A stretch of 64,000 nt of DNA from an uncultured Pseudomonadota bacterium (lineage in GTDB: Bacteria > Pseudomonadota > Alphaproteobacteria > JACZXZ01). Both the position numbers and the translations under genes were made by a program. Location: contig CAVVLJ010000016.1 in the NCBI GenBank assembly GCA_963749075.1, positions 416,001 to 480,000 of the forward strand. Direction: 5' to 3'. The notes under the pieces were generated by a model, which ran no database searches, was not told the DNA's origin, and saw nothing but the letters and a program-made list of their open reading frames with translations. Shown one piece after another: positions 9,932 through 21,539 of this stretch (position 1 is the first letter of the stretch; every line of letters starts with the position of its first letter).

Positions 9932-11083
9932 TCAGGCCTCGGCCCGGCGCGCGGCCGGCTCGGCGTAGCGCGCGCCCATATAGGCGAGGCTGATCTCGGT
10001 GATCGCCTTCTTCATCAGGCGGCAATGCAGCGTCTCGGTGCCTTCGAAGGTGCCGAGCTCGTAGAACTTGTTGGAGGGGGCGCCGCCGCCGCAAACCTCG
10101 AAATACTCGCAACTAGCCCGGCATTGCTCCACCCCCCGCGTGACCGCGCCCTTGAGGCGCGCGTACCGCCCGCCGGCGAGGATGGCCGCGAGATCCTCGG
10201 TCAGGAGATTGCCGATGGTGAAATTGTCCCATTCCGCGTTCTCCATGCCCAGGAGCTCGGGCGAGAACGTCGAGCAGTTGCCGAGATGGTCCACGCTCAA
10301 GATCGACAAGGGGGCGCTCTCGGTCGAGACGAAGTCGGGCGGCCGCGACAGGATGAGCCGCACGCACTGCTGCAGTTCGCGGATCATGAGGGGCCGGCCG
10401 TGCGCGTCGTTGAGCTCGAGGAGCCGCGTGAAGAAGCGCGTGAATTTCGCCGGCGCCTCCTCGTCGCTCAGCGTCGACGACTTGTTCTCCGCCTCGATCT
10501 CGTCGATGTTGAAGCCGACGCTGGAGATGCGGTTGCCGGCGAAGAAGTCGAAGATGGCGTCGGGATTCTCGATGGAGGGCTGCGTCAGCACCGCGATGAC
10601 GTGGAACGGCAGCGCTGCCTCCTGAAGGAGCCGCACGCCGCGCATGGTCGCCGCGAAGGTCCCCTTGCCGGCGCGCGTACGCCGGTTGACGTCGTGGATC
10701 TCCTGCGGCCCGTCCAGGCTTACGCCGACCTGAATGTTGTGCTCCTTGATCAGCTGGATCCAGTCGGCGTTCAAAAGCGTGCCGTTCGTCTGGAAGCTGT
10801 AGCGGATCGCGGTGCCGGCCGGCAGGTGCCGCGCCATCTCGGCGAATGCCGCCCGGTACCAGTCGACCGGTGCCGCGAGCGGCTCGCCCGCATGCCAGAC
10901 GATGCTGATGTCCGGCGGCAGCGGCGAGAAATAGTCGAAGAGCTTCTTCGCGATGACGCTCAAAGTCTCGAGCGTCATCCGCGCCTTGGAGGTGCGGTTG
11001 GGCAGGTAGCAATAGGCGCAGTCGATGTTGCAGAACGGCGTCGCCTGAATGACCAGGAGCTCAGGGAACTGGACCCGATCCAT
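9932..11083 (-). CDS. grrM: Cyclophane-forming radical SAM/SPASM maturase, GrrM/OscB family
   Basis: LLVIQATPFCNIDCAYCYLP (CX3CX2C), WHAGEPL, QTNGTL, VSLDGP; SPASM region CSTFSPEL and CRASCEYFEVCGGGAPSNK. Confidence 0.88.
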   Translation of the reverse strand: MDRVQFPELLVIQATPFCNIDCAYCYLPNRTSKARMTLETLSVIAKKLFDYFSPLPPDISIVWHAGEPLAAPVDWYRAAFAEMARHLPAGTAIRYSFQTNGTLLNADWIQLIKEHNIQVGVSLDGPQEIHDVNRRTRAGKGTFAATMRGVRLLQEAALPFHVIAVLTQPSIENPDAIFDFFAGNRISSVGFNIDEIEAENKSSTLSDEEAPAKFTRFFTRLLELNDAHGRPLMIRELQQCVRLILSRPPDFVSTESAPLSILSVDHLGNCSTFSPELLGMENAEWDNFTIGNLLTEDLAAILAGGRYARLKGAVTRGVEQCRASCEYFEVCGGGAPSNKFYELGTFEGTETLHCRLMKKAITEISLAYMGARYAEPAARRAEA

Positions 11084-11118
11084 CGGCAAACACGTCGAGC
11101 GCCCGAACGCGCGAGCGC

Positions 11119-11472
11119 TCAGAAATTGCCCCAGAAGCCGTTGCCCCAATTGTGCCAATTGTGCCAATTGTTCCAGGGCACATAGTGGCTGCCCCAATTC
11201 GGCCAATTGACCCACTGCACCTTGGTCAGAAGGTTCTCGCGCAGAAGCTCGTCGGTCACGGCCGGGTTCGCCATGGCAAGCGTCCGCACGGCGTTCACGC
11301 GCTCGCCCAGCGACGGCACCGGCTCGATGGCCTTGGCGGGACTCGCCGAGACCGCGACGCCGGCAACAAGCGCTGCCGCACCCGCCCCCAGCAAGAATTT
11401 GCGGCCCATCATCGACGTTTCAGCGGGAGAAGCCTGCGGATTCTCAGCCTTGCCGTCAAGACGCTTCGCCAT
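11119..11472 (-). CDS. RiPP precursor peptide, GrrA/OscA-like, W-x-N repeat core
   Basis: GGGAGG RBS; hydrophobic leader, ERVNAVR motif, core WVNWPNWGSHYVPWNNWHNWHNWGNGFWGNF; directly upstream of the rSAM gene. Confidence 0.88.
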   Translation of the reverse strand: MAKRLDGKAENPQASPAETSMMGRKFLLGAGAAALVAGVAVSASPAKAIEPVPSLGERVNAVRTLAMANPAVTDELLRENLLTKVQWVNWPNWGSHYVPWNNWHNWHNWGNGFWGNF

Positions 11473-11613
11473 TACCGATCCTCCCATCAAACCAAAGCCG
11501 TAGACGCATTTTGTCACCGCGCCATGCTAAAGGTCAAGAACGATCGTCCCTTGAACGCCTGCCGAGGGCGGCGGTTCCGCGGGGACGCGCGGGCCTTCCG
11601 GCCGGGCATCGGC

Positions 11614-12810
11614 TCAACTCTTGCGGGATTTGCGGGTGCGCGCCGCGCGCGTGGCCGGCGGCAGCGAGACCTTGCCCACATAGGTCGTGAACTCGCCGTG
11701 CTTGCGGTAGGCCTCGCCGTACTTGGCCACCTTGTCCTCGTCGATCTCGACGCCTAGGCCGGGCTTCTCGATGCGGCCCCAGCGCGGCCCGTCGGCGATC
11801 GGCAGTCGCTCGCTGAGGATGTCGTCCTCCATGAGCTGCGCCGTCTGCTGGTGCCCGAGGCAGGCATTGGGGATCGTCAGCATGATGTGCTGGCCGGCCG
11901 CGGCGGTGAGGCCGAGCTCGCCATGGGTGTGCTTGCAGACGAGCCAGCCCTCCATGTGCCCGGCATGGCAGAGCATGTGCCAGCGCGCGAGCGAGCCGAC
12001 CCAATATTGCGAGAAGCAGAGATAGTGCCCGGCGCGGGCCCGGATGATGCGCCAGGCATCGGCTTCGCGCCACAGGCCCTCGTTGACGCAGATCGGCACG
12101 TCCGTCTGCCGCATGAGGTCGAGATTGTTCTCGATCGGATCGATGCGCACCGGCGCCTCGGCGAAGTCGAGCGTGAACTTGCCGTGCCAGCGCTTCAAGA
12201 GCCGCACCGCCGTCGGCATGTCCCAGGCCTGGTTCACGTCGATGCGGATCCTGCCCTCGGGTCCGATGCCGTCGCGCAGCGCCTCGAGCATCGCCTCCTC
12301 CTTCTTCTCGTCGACTCCGGCCTTGATGTAGTAGGTGCCGTATCCCCGCCCGACGCCGTCCTTGGCCTGGCGCGCGATCTCCTCGGGCGTGCCCCATTCC
12401 ATATAATAGAAATAGTCGACCTCCTCGCGCATCGCACCGCCGAACAGGCGATAGAGCGGCTCGCCGCACGCCTTGCCGCAGAGATCCCACAGCGCCATGT
12501 CGATGCCGGCGTAGGCGAAGTTGCCGGTCATCGGCTGGAACGCCCAGAGCGCCGGGATCGCGAGATCGCGGTGGATAGCCTCCTTGTCCCAGGGGTCGCG
12601 CCCGAGCACGAGCGGCGTCATCGCCTTGATAGCACTCTCGATGCCCGGCACGTCGGCGGCGCGCGTGCATTCGCCCCAGCCGACGAGGCCGTTGCTTGCT
12701 GTCGCCTTGACGAGGACGTCGGCGACGCCGGCGCGGGCGATGAGCGAGCTCGCCTCGACGTGCTTGTAGGGAACGCGGACGGGAATGGCTTCGAGCTTGA
12801 CCACCTTCAT
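11614..12810 (-). CDS. Mandelate racemase/muconate lactonizing enzyme (enolase superfamily) protein
   Basis: GLVGWGE, AGIDMALWDLCGKACGEPLYRLFGG, RIDVNQAW, FAEAP, PGLGVEID. Confidence 0.9.
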   Translation of the reverse strand: MKVVKLEAIPVRVPYKHVEASSLIARAGVADVLVKATASNGLVGWGECTRAADVPGIESAIKAMTPLVLGRDPWDKEAIHRDLAIPALWAFQPMTGNFAYAGIDMALWDLCGKACGEPLYRLFGGAMREEVDYFYYMEWGTPEEIARQAKDGVGRGYGTYYIKAGVDEKKEEAMLEALRDGIGPEGRIRIDVNQAWDMPTAVRLLKRWHGKFTLDFAEAPVRIDPIENNLDLMRQTDVPICVNEGLWREADAWRIIRARAGHYLCFSQYWVGSLARWHMLCHAGHMEGWLVCKHTHGELGLTAAAGQHIMLTIPNACLGHQQTAQLMEDDILSERLPIADGPRWGRIEKPGLGVEIDEDKVAKYGEAYRKHGEFTTYVGKVSLPPATRAARTRKSRKS

Positions 12811-12837
12811 GGCGCACCTTTCGCGTATGTTGACGGA

Positions 12838-13521
12838 TCAACGGCCTCGGCCCATGCGCGACTCCATGTAGCGCACGGAGAGCGACAGCGGATAGCACAT
12901 GACGAAATAGATGCCGGCGACCAGCACGAAGACCGCCATGGGCTGGTACTCGGCAAAGGCGATGCTCTTGGCGTCGTTCATCAATTCGTTGACGCCGATG
13001 AGCGAGCAAAGCGCCGTGTCCTTCACCAGGCCGATGGCATAGTTGGCGACCGGCGGCAGCACGATGCGCACGGCCTGCGGCAGGATGATGTGGGCCATGG
13101 CCTTCGCCGGCGTCATGCCGAGGGATAGTGCTGCCTCGCGCTGGCCGCCGTGCAAGGCCTCGATGCCCGCGCGGAAGACCTCGGCAAGGATGGCCCCGCC
13201 GTGGATGCCGAGGCCGAGCACGGCACCCACGAAGGCGTCGAGCCACGTCCAATTGATGTCGGGGACCAATTGCGGCGGCACGAAGTAGACGATGTAGAGG
13301 AGCACGACGATGGGCAGCCCGCGCGCGACCTCGATATAGACCACGGCGGCGGTGCGGAGGATGCGGTGGCGCGAGGTGCGGCAGAGCGCCATCGCGAGGC
13401 CGATGGCGATGGCCAGGAGGAACGATACGGCGGCGATCGCCAGCGTCGTCTGGCAGAACGACAGCAGCTCCGGCAGCCAGCGGCCGATGTTGGCGGCGTA
13501 CACCTTGGGAAGATCGAGCAT
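12838..13521 (-). CDS. Polar amino-acid ABC transporter permease
   Basis: YIEVARGLP, AEVFRAGI..GQREAALSLGM, ILPQA, LVKDT. Confidence 0.92.
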   Translation of the reverse strand: MLDLPKVYAANIGRWLPELLSFCQTTLAIAAVSFLLAIAIGLAMALCRTSRHRILRTAAVVYIEVARGLPIVVLLYIVYFVPPQLVPDINWTWLDAFVGAVLGLGIHGGAILAEVFRAGIEALHGGQREAALSLGMTPAKAMAHIILPQAVRIVLPPVANYAIGLVKDTALCSLIGVNELMNDAKSIAFAEYQPMAVFVLVAGIYFVMCYPLSLSVRYMESRMGRGR

Positions 13522-13536
13522 GGCCGGCGGCGGTCC

Positions 13537-14202
13537 TTAGTGCCAGGCCCGTCGCGCCAGCTCGAGGCGGGCGGCCAGGCGGGCCATGGGGATGGTCATC
13601 GAGAGATAGATGGCGCCGGCCATGAGGTAGACCACGGCGCTCTGCAGCGTCTCGGTCACCAGGTTGCGCGCATAGGCCATGACTTCCGGAACCGCGACCG
13701 CATAGACGATCGCCGTGTCCTTCAAGAGGACGATCGCGAAATTGGTGATCGGCGGCAGCATGGTGCGCACCGCCTGCGGCAGGATGATGAACTGCATCGC
13801 GCGCGCCGGCGTCATGCCGAGCGTGAGCGCGGCCTCGAGCTGCCCCTTGTGGATCGCCTCGATGCCGGCGCGGTAAATCTCGGCGAGATAGGCCGCACCA
13901 TTGAGCCCGAGGCCCACGATGGCGGCTTCCAGCGGCGTCGGCTCGAGGCCGGCGTCGGGCAGCCCGAAATAGATCACGAAGAGCTGGACCAAGGCAGGGG
14001 TGCCGCGCAGGAACTCGATATAGGCGATCGCCGGATAGCGCACGATGCGCCAGCGCGACATGCGCAGAAGGGCGATGACCAGTCCGAAGGCAAGTGCGAA
14101 GAGGAGCGCTCCGGCCGTGACCTCGACGGTCGCCGGCAGCCCGCCGAGGAGCGTCGTGAGGAAATACCAGCCCCTCTCGGTCAGCACGTGGAGAAAACGC
14201 AT
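13537..14202 (-). CDS. Polar amino-acid ABC transporter permease
   Basis: YIEFLRGTP, AEIYRAGI..GQLEAALTLGM, LLKDT. Confidence 0.92.
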   Translation of the reverse strand: MRFLHVLTERGWYFLTTLLGGLPATVEVTAGALLFALAFGLVIALLRMSRWRIVRYPAIAYIEFLRGTPALVQLFVIYFGLPDAGLEPTPLEAAIVGLGLNGAAYLAEIYRAGIEAIHKGQLEAALTLGMTPARAMQFIILPQAVRTMLPPITNFAIVLLKDTAIVYAVAVPEVMAYARNLVTETLQSAVVYLMAGAIYLSMTIPMARLAARLELARRAWH

Positions 14203-14263
14203 GAGGGCGGGACCTTCTGGTGCTTTTCGCTAGGGCGTGATCCGAGCTGGCCGAAAGACCTGG

Positions 14264-14325
14264 CGTCACCCCCGCGAAGGCGGGGGTCCGCAAGCTGCTG
14301 GATTCCCGCTTTCGCGGGAATGACG
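14264..14325. repeat. REP-like inverted palindromic doublet (GTCA-CCCGCGAAAGCGGG type)
   Basis: cgtcacccccgcgaaggcgggggtcc...ggattcccgctttcgcgggaatgacg; related copy at 43534-43624. Confidence 0.75.
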
Positions 14326-14361
14326 ATGTAAATATCCGTTTCGCTCCGACGGGATCATGCT

Positions 14362-15135
14362 CTACCGCTCCTGGATGTGCTTGAGGAACTCCCGCGTGCG
14401 CGGCAGCTGCGGATTGAAGAGGACCTCGCGCGGCGCGCCCTGCTCGACGATCTTGCCGCCGTCCATGAAGACCACGCGGTCGGAGACCTCGCCGGCGAAC
14501 TGGATCTCGTGCGTGACGATGACCATGGTGCGGCCCTCCTCGGCAAGCTGGCGCATGACGCGCAGGACCTCGCCGATGAGTTCGGGGTCGAGCGCCGAGG
14601 TCGCCTCGTCGAACAGCATGAGCTTCGGCTGCATGGCGAGCACGCGGGCGATCGCCACGCGTTGCTGCTGGCCGCCCGAGAGGCGCTCCGGGTACTCGCC
14701 CATCTTGTGGGCGAGGCCCACCTTGGTCAGCATCTCGCGGCCGCGCGCCTCGGCCTCCTCGCGCGGGAGCGCCAGCACCTTGCGCGGAGCGATCGTCACG
14801 TTGTCGAGCGCCGTGAGGTGCGGGAAGAGATTGAAGCGCTGGAAGACGAAGCCGATCTCCTGGCGCTCCTTGGCGAGCTCGCGGTCGCTCAGGTGGACGT
14901 AGCCGCCCTGCGTCTGGCGCTCTCCGATCAGGTTGCCGTCGATATAGACGTGGCCCGAGGTGGGCTTCTCGAGATAGTTGATGCAGCGCAGGAGCGTCGT
15001 CTTGCCCGAGCCGCTGGGACCGATGATGGCGACCTTCTCGCCGCGCGCCACGTCGAGGCTGACTCCTGAGAGCACCTCGAGCTCGCCGAATCGCTTGTGG
15101 AGATCGACGATGCGCAGCAGGGATTGCGCCGCCAT
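14362..15135 (-). CDS. Polar amino-acid ABC ATP-binding protein (GlnQ-like)
   Basis: GPSGSGKT, LSGGQQQRVAIAR, LFDEATSALDPE, VTHE. Confidence 0.93.
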   Translation of the reverse strand: MAAQSLLRIVDLHKRFGELEVLSGVSLDVARGEKVAIIGPSGSGKTTLLRCINYLEKPTSGHVYIDGNLIGERQTQGGYVHLSDRELAKERQEIGFVFQRFNLFPHLTALDNVTIAPRKVLALPREEAEARGREMLTKVGLAHKMGEYPERLSGGQQQRVAIARVLAMQPKLMLFDEATSALDPELIGEVLRVMRQLAEEGRTMVIVTHEIQFAGEVSDRVVFMDGGKIVEQGAPREVLFNPQLPRTREFLKHIQER

Positions 15136-15274
15136 CACGCCCCCGAGCACGGACCGGCGCTGCCTCTGCCGGCCGCGCAACCGAGGGGCGGGCCACCGGC
15201 CCGCCCCGTTCCCGTTCGCTGAACCGCGGCCAAGCGTGCGACAGAGACGCCGCGGCGCCGCCCTATTTGAAGCC

Positions 15275-16165
15275 CTATTTGAAGCAGTGTGCCGCGGTCG
15301 GCGCCTTGTAGTCGGCCGGCCGGTCGACGCCGATGCGCGGGTCCTTCTCGGGCGGAATGAACCACGACTTGTCGCCCATCCCGTACTTGGCCATGGTCTT
15401 GACGTTGATGCAGTTGGGCCAGATGTCCTCGCGGATGATCTTGCTCATGGCCGCGGCGAGCTCGGGCTCCTCTTTGTTCACGCCGAAGATCACGTTGTAC
15501 TTGGTCGACATGATCGGGTACTTGGCCGCCATCGGGTCGAGCGGCAGCTGCTTGATCTTCCATTCGGGGTGCTGGACGATGCCCCATTGCACGAGGGGCG
15601 GGTCGAGGATGGCGATGTCGAGGCGGCCGGCGACGAGATCCTGGAGCACGCCGTCGGAGGTGTCGTAGAGCTTCACCTCGCCGATGCCCTCGATGCTCTT
15701 GAGCTCGGGCACCAGCGTGAAGCCCGTCACGGTGCCGGCCGAATGGCCTTTCATGTCGGCGAAGGTGTGGAAGTTGTTCGCGTCCTTCTGGGCGAGCAGC
15801 GTGCCGAAATAGTAGATCGGATCGGTCAGGTTCATGATCTTGGTGCGCGGCTCGATCCAGCCCATGGCACCGTGCATGACGTTGACCTTGCCTTGCTTGG
15901 TCGATTCGATCTCGGCGGCCCAGTCCATCTGCTGGACGACCGGCACGAGCCCCAGCTTCTTCGCGATATAGACCATCAATTCGCCGTCGGTCCCGCTCAG
16001 CACGCCATCCTTGAGCTGGGTCATCGGCATGTCGCCGTTCATGGCGATGTGGAGCTTGCCAGGCTCGATCGTCTTCACTTGGGCAGACGCGGGCATACTC
16101 GCGAGCCCGCCAGCGACGACCGCTACCGCGAAGGCGGCCGCCGCCCGACGCAGGTCGAATGTCAT
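15275..16165 (-). CDS. Polar amino-acid ABC substrate-binding protein (SBP family 3)
   Basis: Signal peptide; TIEPGKLHIA, GTDGEL, DLVAGRLD; GAGG RBS. Confidence 0.88.
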   Translation of the reverse strand: MTFDLRRAAAAFAVAVVAGGLASMPASAQVKTIEPGKLHIAMNGDMPMTQLKDGVLSGTDGELMVYIAKKLGLVPVVQQMDWAAEIESTKQGKVNVMHGAMGWIEPRTKIMNLTDPIYYFGTLLAQKDANNFHTFADMKGHSAGTVTGFTLVPELKSIEGIGEVKLYDTSDGVLQDLVAGRLDIAILDPPLVQWGIVQHPEWKIKQLPLDPMAAKYPIMSTKYNVIFGVNKEEPELAAAMSKIIREDIWPNCINVKTMAKYGMGDKSWFIPPEKDPRIGVDRPADYKAPTAAHCFK

Positions 16166-16576
16166 CTTAAGCCTCCCTCATTATGTGAAGTGCCTCCCGC
16201 GACCCCTGTGCGAAAGCCCACGCACGCAAACTGCACCAGTCTTGCGCATACCCCCGCGAGCCGTCGGGAAGCGTAACAGGGCGGAGCTCGGCCTGTCAAC
16301 TGAGGTGAAACAAAATTTCTTATCGAGAAACAGGATCGCCGCGGCATTGGCCGAAGTACGGCTCGCGACCGGGAGGCGCACGGCGCCGTCTCAGGCACGC
16401 CTCTTCGCGGCAGCCGAGTGGCATCTCGCAGTCTAAGGCGTCACCCGACTGCGACTCCGCGCCCTTGCCGGCAACGCAGAGGCCGAGGCCGCGTCCCGCA
16501 AGAGCGGCTTCGAACGCTCCGAGGTGGCGTTCGAGAAGCGGGTCGTCGGGGAGCGCCGAGGCGGCTCTCGCGCGGG

Positions 16577-16810
16577 CTAGAGCTTGGGCATCGCGCGGGG
16601 TTGAACGGTCATGCTTTGAGCCACGGGTCGCACGGCCCTTGCGGGCACCGTTGCCACCGCGATCGTCTCGCCGCCGGGCGTCATGAATTCCACCTCATAG
16701 CCAGCCCCGCCGGCATGAACCAGCACCACGCACCCTCGGTCGCCGGCACGGAGGCCTAGCGCGGGCAGACTCTCGGTGAGAATGACTGAGTCCAGCTCCT
16801 TGATCGTCAT
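16577..16810 (-). CDS. DUF4926-like small protein
   Basis: IKELDSVILTESLPALGLRAGDRGCVVLVH..YEVEF pattern. Confidence 0.8.
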   Translation of the reverse strand: MTIKELDSVILTESLPALGLRAGDRGCVVLVHAGGAGYEVEFMTPGGETIAVATVPARAVRPVAQSMTVQPRAMPKL

Positions 16811-17170
16811 TGGCCTCTCCGCAAAGGAACGACGGTGACCAGCCGTGGCTCGACGTGTCCCACGTCCACCATCCGGACGGCGCGCACTTGCGGCCCCCGC
16901 CCGTCGGGCGCGCGTAACGGTCCCTCCAATATATACTTCCTTCCGATATATACTTCCTTCCGAACTCCGTCAGTTCCACCCCTGCGACTGCAACAGTGCA
17001 CGCGTGCTCAAGGAGCGCGTCCCGCAATATTTGCCAATTCTGAGCCTGAAATCCGAAGCGAGAAAAAACATTGCCTTATGACGCCCCTCGGGATGGCTCG
17101 TGGATAGGAGATAGTCCCTGATCTTGCTCGCATCTATGATGGCAAGCTGGACGTTGGGTAGCAGGCCCAC
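16807..17170 (-). pseudogene. DUF6883-like (putative nuclease/toxin) pseudogene
   Basis: Pieces in three frames: LPNVQLAIIDASKIRDYLLSTSHPEGRHKAMFF / RDALLEHA..TEFGRKY / GPLRAPDGR..PRLVT; exact 17-bp tandem duplication at 16929-16962. Confidence 0.7.
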
Positions 17171-17398
17171 ATTACCCCCGCAATCTCCGGCTAGATCGGC
17201 GCCACCATAGTTTTCCTATGATGGCATTGGCTATAGGCTTGAACATCCTATACGTGCTCGCCATGACGGTCTGCGCCCGGCCGGCTTGTCGCAGACCGGG
17301 GGAGCGCCGGCACGTCTATGCCAGTCGGCGTCCTGCCCGCGGCATCGCGCCGCTGCTCCTCCGCGAACTCCCCTGTTGCTTTTTCCGCGCCATGCTTT

Positions 17399-17431
17399 AT
17401 CTAATCAGTACCTTTTCGGTCCTGATTGGAT
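17399..17431. promoter_or_regulatory. Imperfect palindrome, probable Rrf2 (SufR/IscR-type) operator
   Basis: ATCTAATCAGTACC-TTTTC-GGTCCTGATTGGAT, 10 bp before the regulator ATG. Confidence 0.6.
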
Positions 17432-17441
17432 GCGGTGCAGC

Positions 17442-17906
17442 ATGATCCGGCTAAACAGGCTTACCGATTACGCAATCGTCGTCCTCTCGCAGATGGGGCG
17501 GGGGCATGGTGCGATGCGCACGGCGGCCCAGCTCGCCCACGAGACGGGGATGCCGGTGCCGACCGTGGCCAAGCTCCTCAAGACGCTGGCGGCGGACCAT
17601 ATCATCCTCTCGCACCGCGGTGCCGCGGGCGGTTATGCGCTGAGCCGCCCGCCCGAGGAGATCAGCGTGGCGGAGATCATCGCCTCCCTCGAGGGGCCGA
17701 TCGCCCTCACCGCCTGCGTCGAGGGCTCGGGCAACCATTGCGACGTGGAGTCCCTCTGCCCGATGCGCGGCAACTGGGAAAAGATCAACGGCGCCATCCG
17801 CACGGCGCTCGAGGCTCTGACGCTCGCCGACATGGCGATGCCGCTGAGCTTCCCGCCGCTCGGCGCCGCCGCGCGCGCCGCCGCACCGGCGGTGGCCGGC
17901 GCCTGA
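17442..17906 (+). CDS. Rrf2-family SUF-system Fe-S cluster assembly regulator
   Basis: [22 protein letters not shown], three Cys (C-x6-C-x5-C); first gene of the suf operon. Confidence 0.9.
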   Translation: MIRLNRLTDYAIVVLSQMGRGHGAMRTAAQLAHETGMPVPTVAKLLKTLAADHIILSHRGAAGGYALSRPPEEISVAEIIASLEGPIALTACVEGSGNHCDVESLCPMRGNWEKINGAIRTALEALTLADMAMPLSFPPLGAAARAAAPAVAGA

Positions 17907-17943
17907 GCGGACAGGGTCTCAAGGTCGAAGGGAGCAAGCCAGC

Positions 17944-19398
<1,455 letters not shown>

Positions 19399-19423
19399 GA
19401 TGGCTTTGACGAAGGACGCGGAA

Positions 19424-20179
<756 letters not shown>

Positions 20180-20189
20180 GGGCGTGGCG

Positions 20190-21539
20190 GTGAGCGAGAT
20201 GACGCAACGGCCCGGCCTCGGCGAGCGCTTCGTGGCGGAGTACGAGGCCGCGAAGGGCGGCTTGCCCGGCGGCGGCCTCGACTGGCTGCCGGCGCTCCGC
20301 GGCGCCGCACTCGCGCGCTTCGCCGCCGCGGGCTTGCCCACCCAGCGCAGCGAGGAGTGGCGATACACGAGCCTGGCACCGCTCGCACGGCTCGCTTTCG
20401 CGCCGGCACGTGCTACGCTGAACGGCGTTGCGGCGTCGGTGCTGCCGTGGCTGCTGCCGGAAGCCGCCGGCGCCCATCGCCTCGTCTTCGTGAACGGCCG
20501 GCTGCGCCGCGACCTCTCCGCACCCGGCACGCTCCCGGCCGGCGTCAGCTTGACGGGACTTGCGGTTGCCCTCGAGGAGAACCCGGTCATGCTCGTCGGC
20601 CGCCTGGGTGCCGTCGGCGACATCGAGGGCCAGCCGATGCTGGCGCTCAACACGGCGCTGATGGCGGACGGCTACGTTCTCCGCCTCGCACGCGATGTCA
20701 GGCTCGAGCATCCGGTCGAGCTCCTCTTCGTGGCGCTTGCCGGCGGCGAGCCGGTTTCCTATCACCCGCGCGGCCTCGTCGTCGCCGAGTCGGGGAGCAG
20801 TGCTACGATCATCGAGCAGCACGTCGGCATGGGCCGCGGCATAACGCTTGCCAACATGGCAAGCGAGATCCTCGTCGAGGACGGCGCTGCGCTCAGCCAT
20901 TACAAGCTCGCGGCGGACGGTGCTGAGGCCTTCCACATCGCCGCCTCCGCCGTGCAGGTCGCGCGCGGGGGGCGTTACGAGAGCTTCGTCCTGACCCATG
21001 GCGGCCGGCTCGCGCGCAACGAGATCCGCCTGCGCCTCGGCGGCCCCGGCGCATCTTGCGCGCTCGACGGGGCCTATCTCGGAAGGCGGCGCCAGCACAT
21101 CGACAACACCACCTTCATCGACCATGCAGCACCCGAGACGACGAGCCGCGAGCTTTACAAGGGCGTGCTCGGCGGCTATGCGCGCGGCGTCTTCCAGGGC
21201 CGCATCCTGGTGCGCCCCGATGCGCAGAAGGCCGACGGTCAGCAGACGAGCAAGGCGCTCCTCCTCTCGGCCGGTGCCGAGATCGACGCCAAGCCGCAGC
21301 TCGAGATCTACGCCGACGACGTGAAGTGCAGCCATGGCGCCGCCGCGGGCGAGCTCGACGAGGAGGCGCTCTTCTACCTGCGCAGCCGCGGCATCCCGGA
21401 GGCCGAGGCGCGGCACATGCTGGTCGAGGCCTTTCTCGCCGAGGCCGTCGAGAGGATCGCCTCTGCGCCGGTGCGCGCGGCCTTCCATCGGCGCCTCGCG
21501 GAGGCCCTGGCCGCCGATATCCTGGAGCCGGGAGAATGA
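20190..21539 (+). CDS. sufD: Fe-S cluster assembly protein SufD
   Basis: EEWRYT, GVFQGRI, KPQLEIYADDVKCSHGA, FYLRSRGI. Confidence 0.95.
   Translation: MSEMTQRPGLGERFVAEYEAAKGGLPGGGLDWLPALRGAALARFAAAGLPTQRSEEWRYTSLAPLARLAFAPARATLNGVAASVLPWLLPEAAGAHRLVFVNGRLRRDLSAPGTLPAGVSLTGLAVALEENPVMLVGRLGAVGDIEGQPMLALNTALMADGYVLRLARDVRLEHPVELLFVALAGGEPVSYHPRGLVVAESGSSATIIEQHVGMGRGITLANMASEILVEDGAALSHYKLAADGAEAFHIAASAVQVARGGRYESFVLTHGGRLARNEIRLRLGGPGASCALDGAYLGRRRQHIDNTTFIDHAAPETTSRELYKGVLGGYARGVFQGRILVRPDAQKADGQQTSKALLLSAGAEIDAKPQLEIYADDVKCSHGAAAGELDEEALFYLRSRGIPEAEARHMLVEAFLAEAVERIASAPVRAAFHRRLAEALAADILEPGE

Noticed and set aside
11534-15196. 1220-aa ORF and other long Arg/Ala/Pro-rich ORFs (e.g. 9119-11185, 55576-58509)
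   Set aside because: Alternative-frame or antisense artefacts of high-GC codon bias over well-supported genes.
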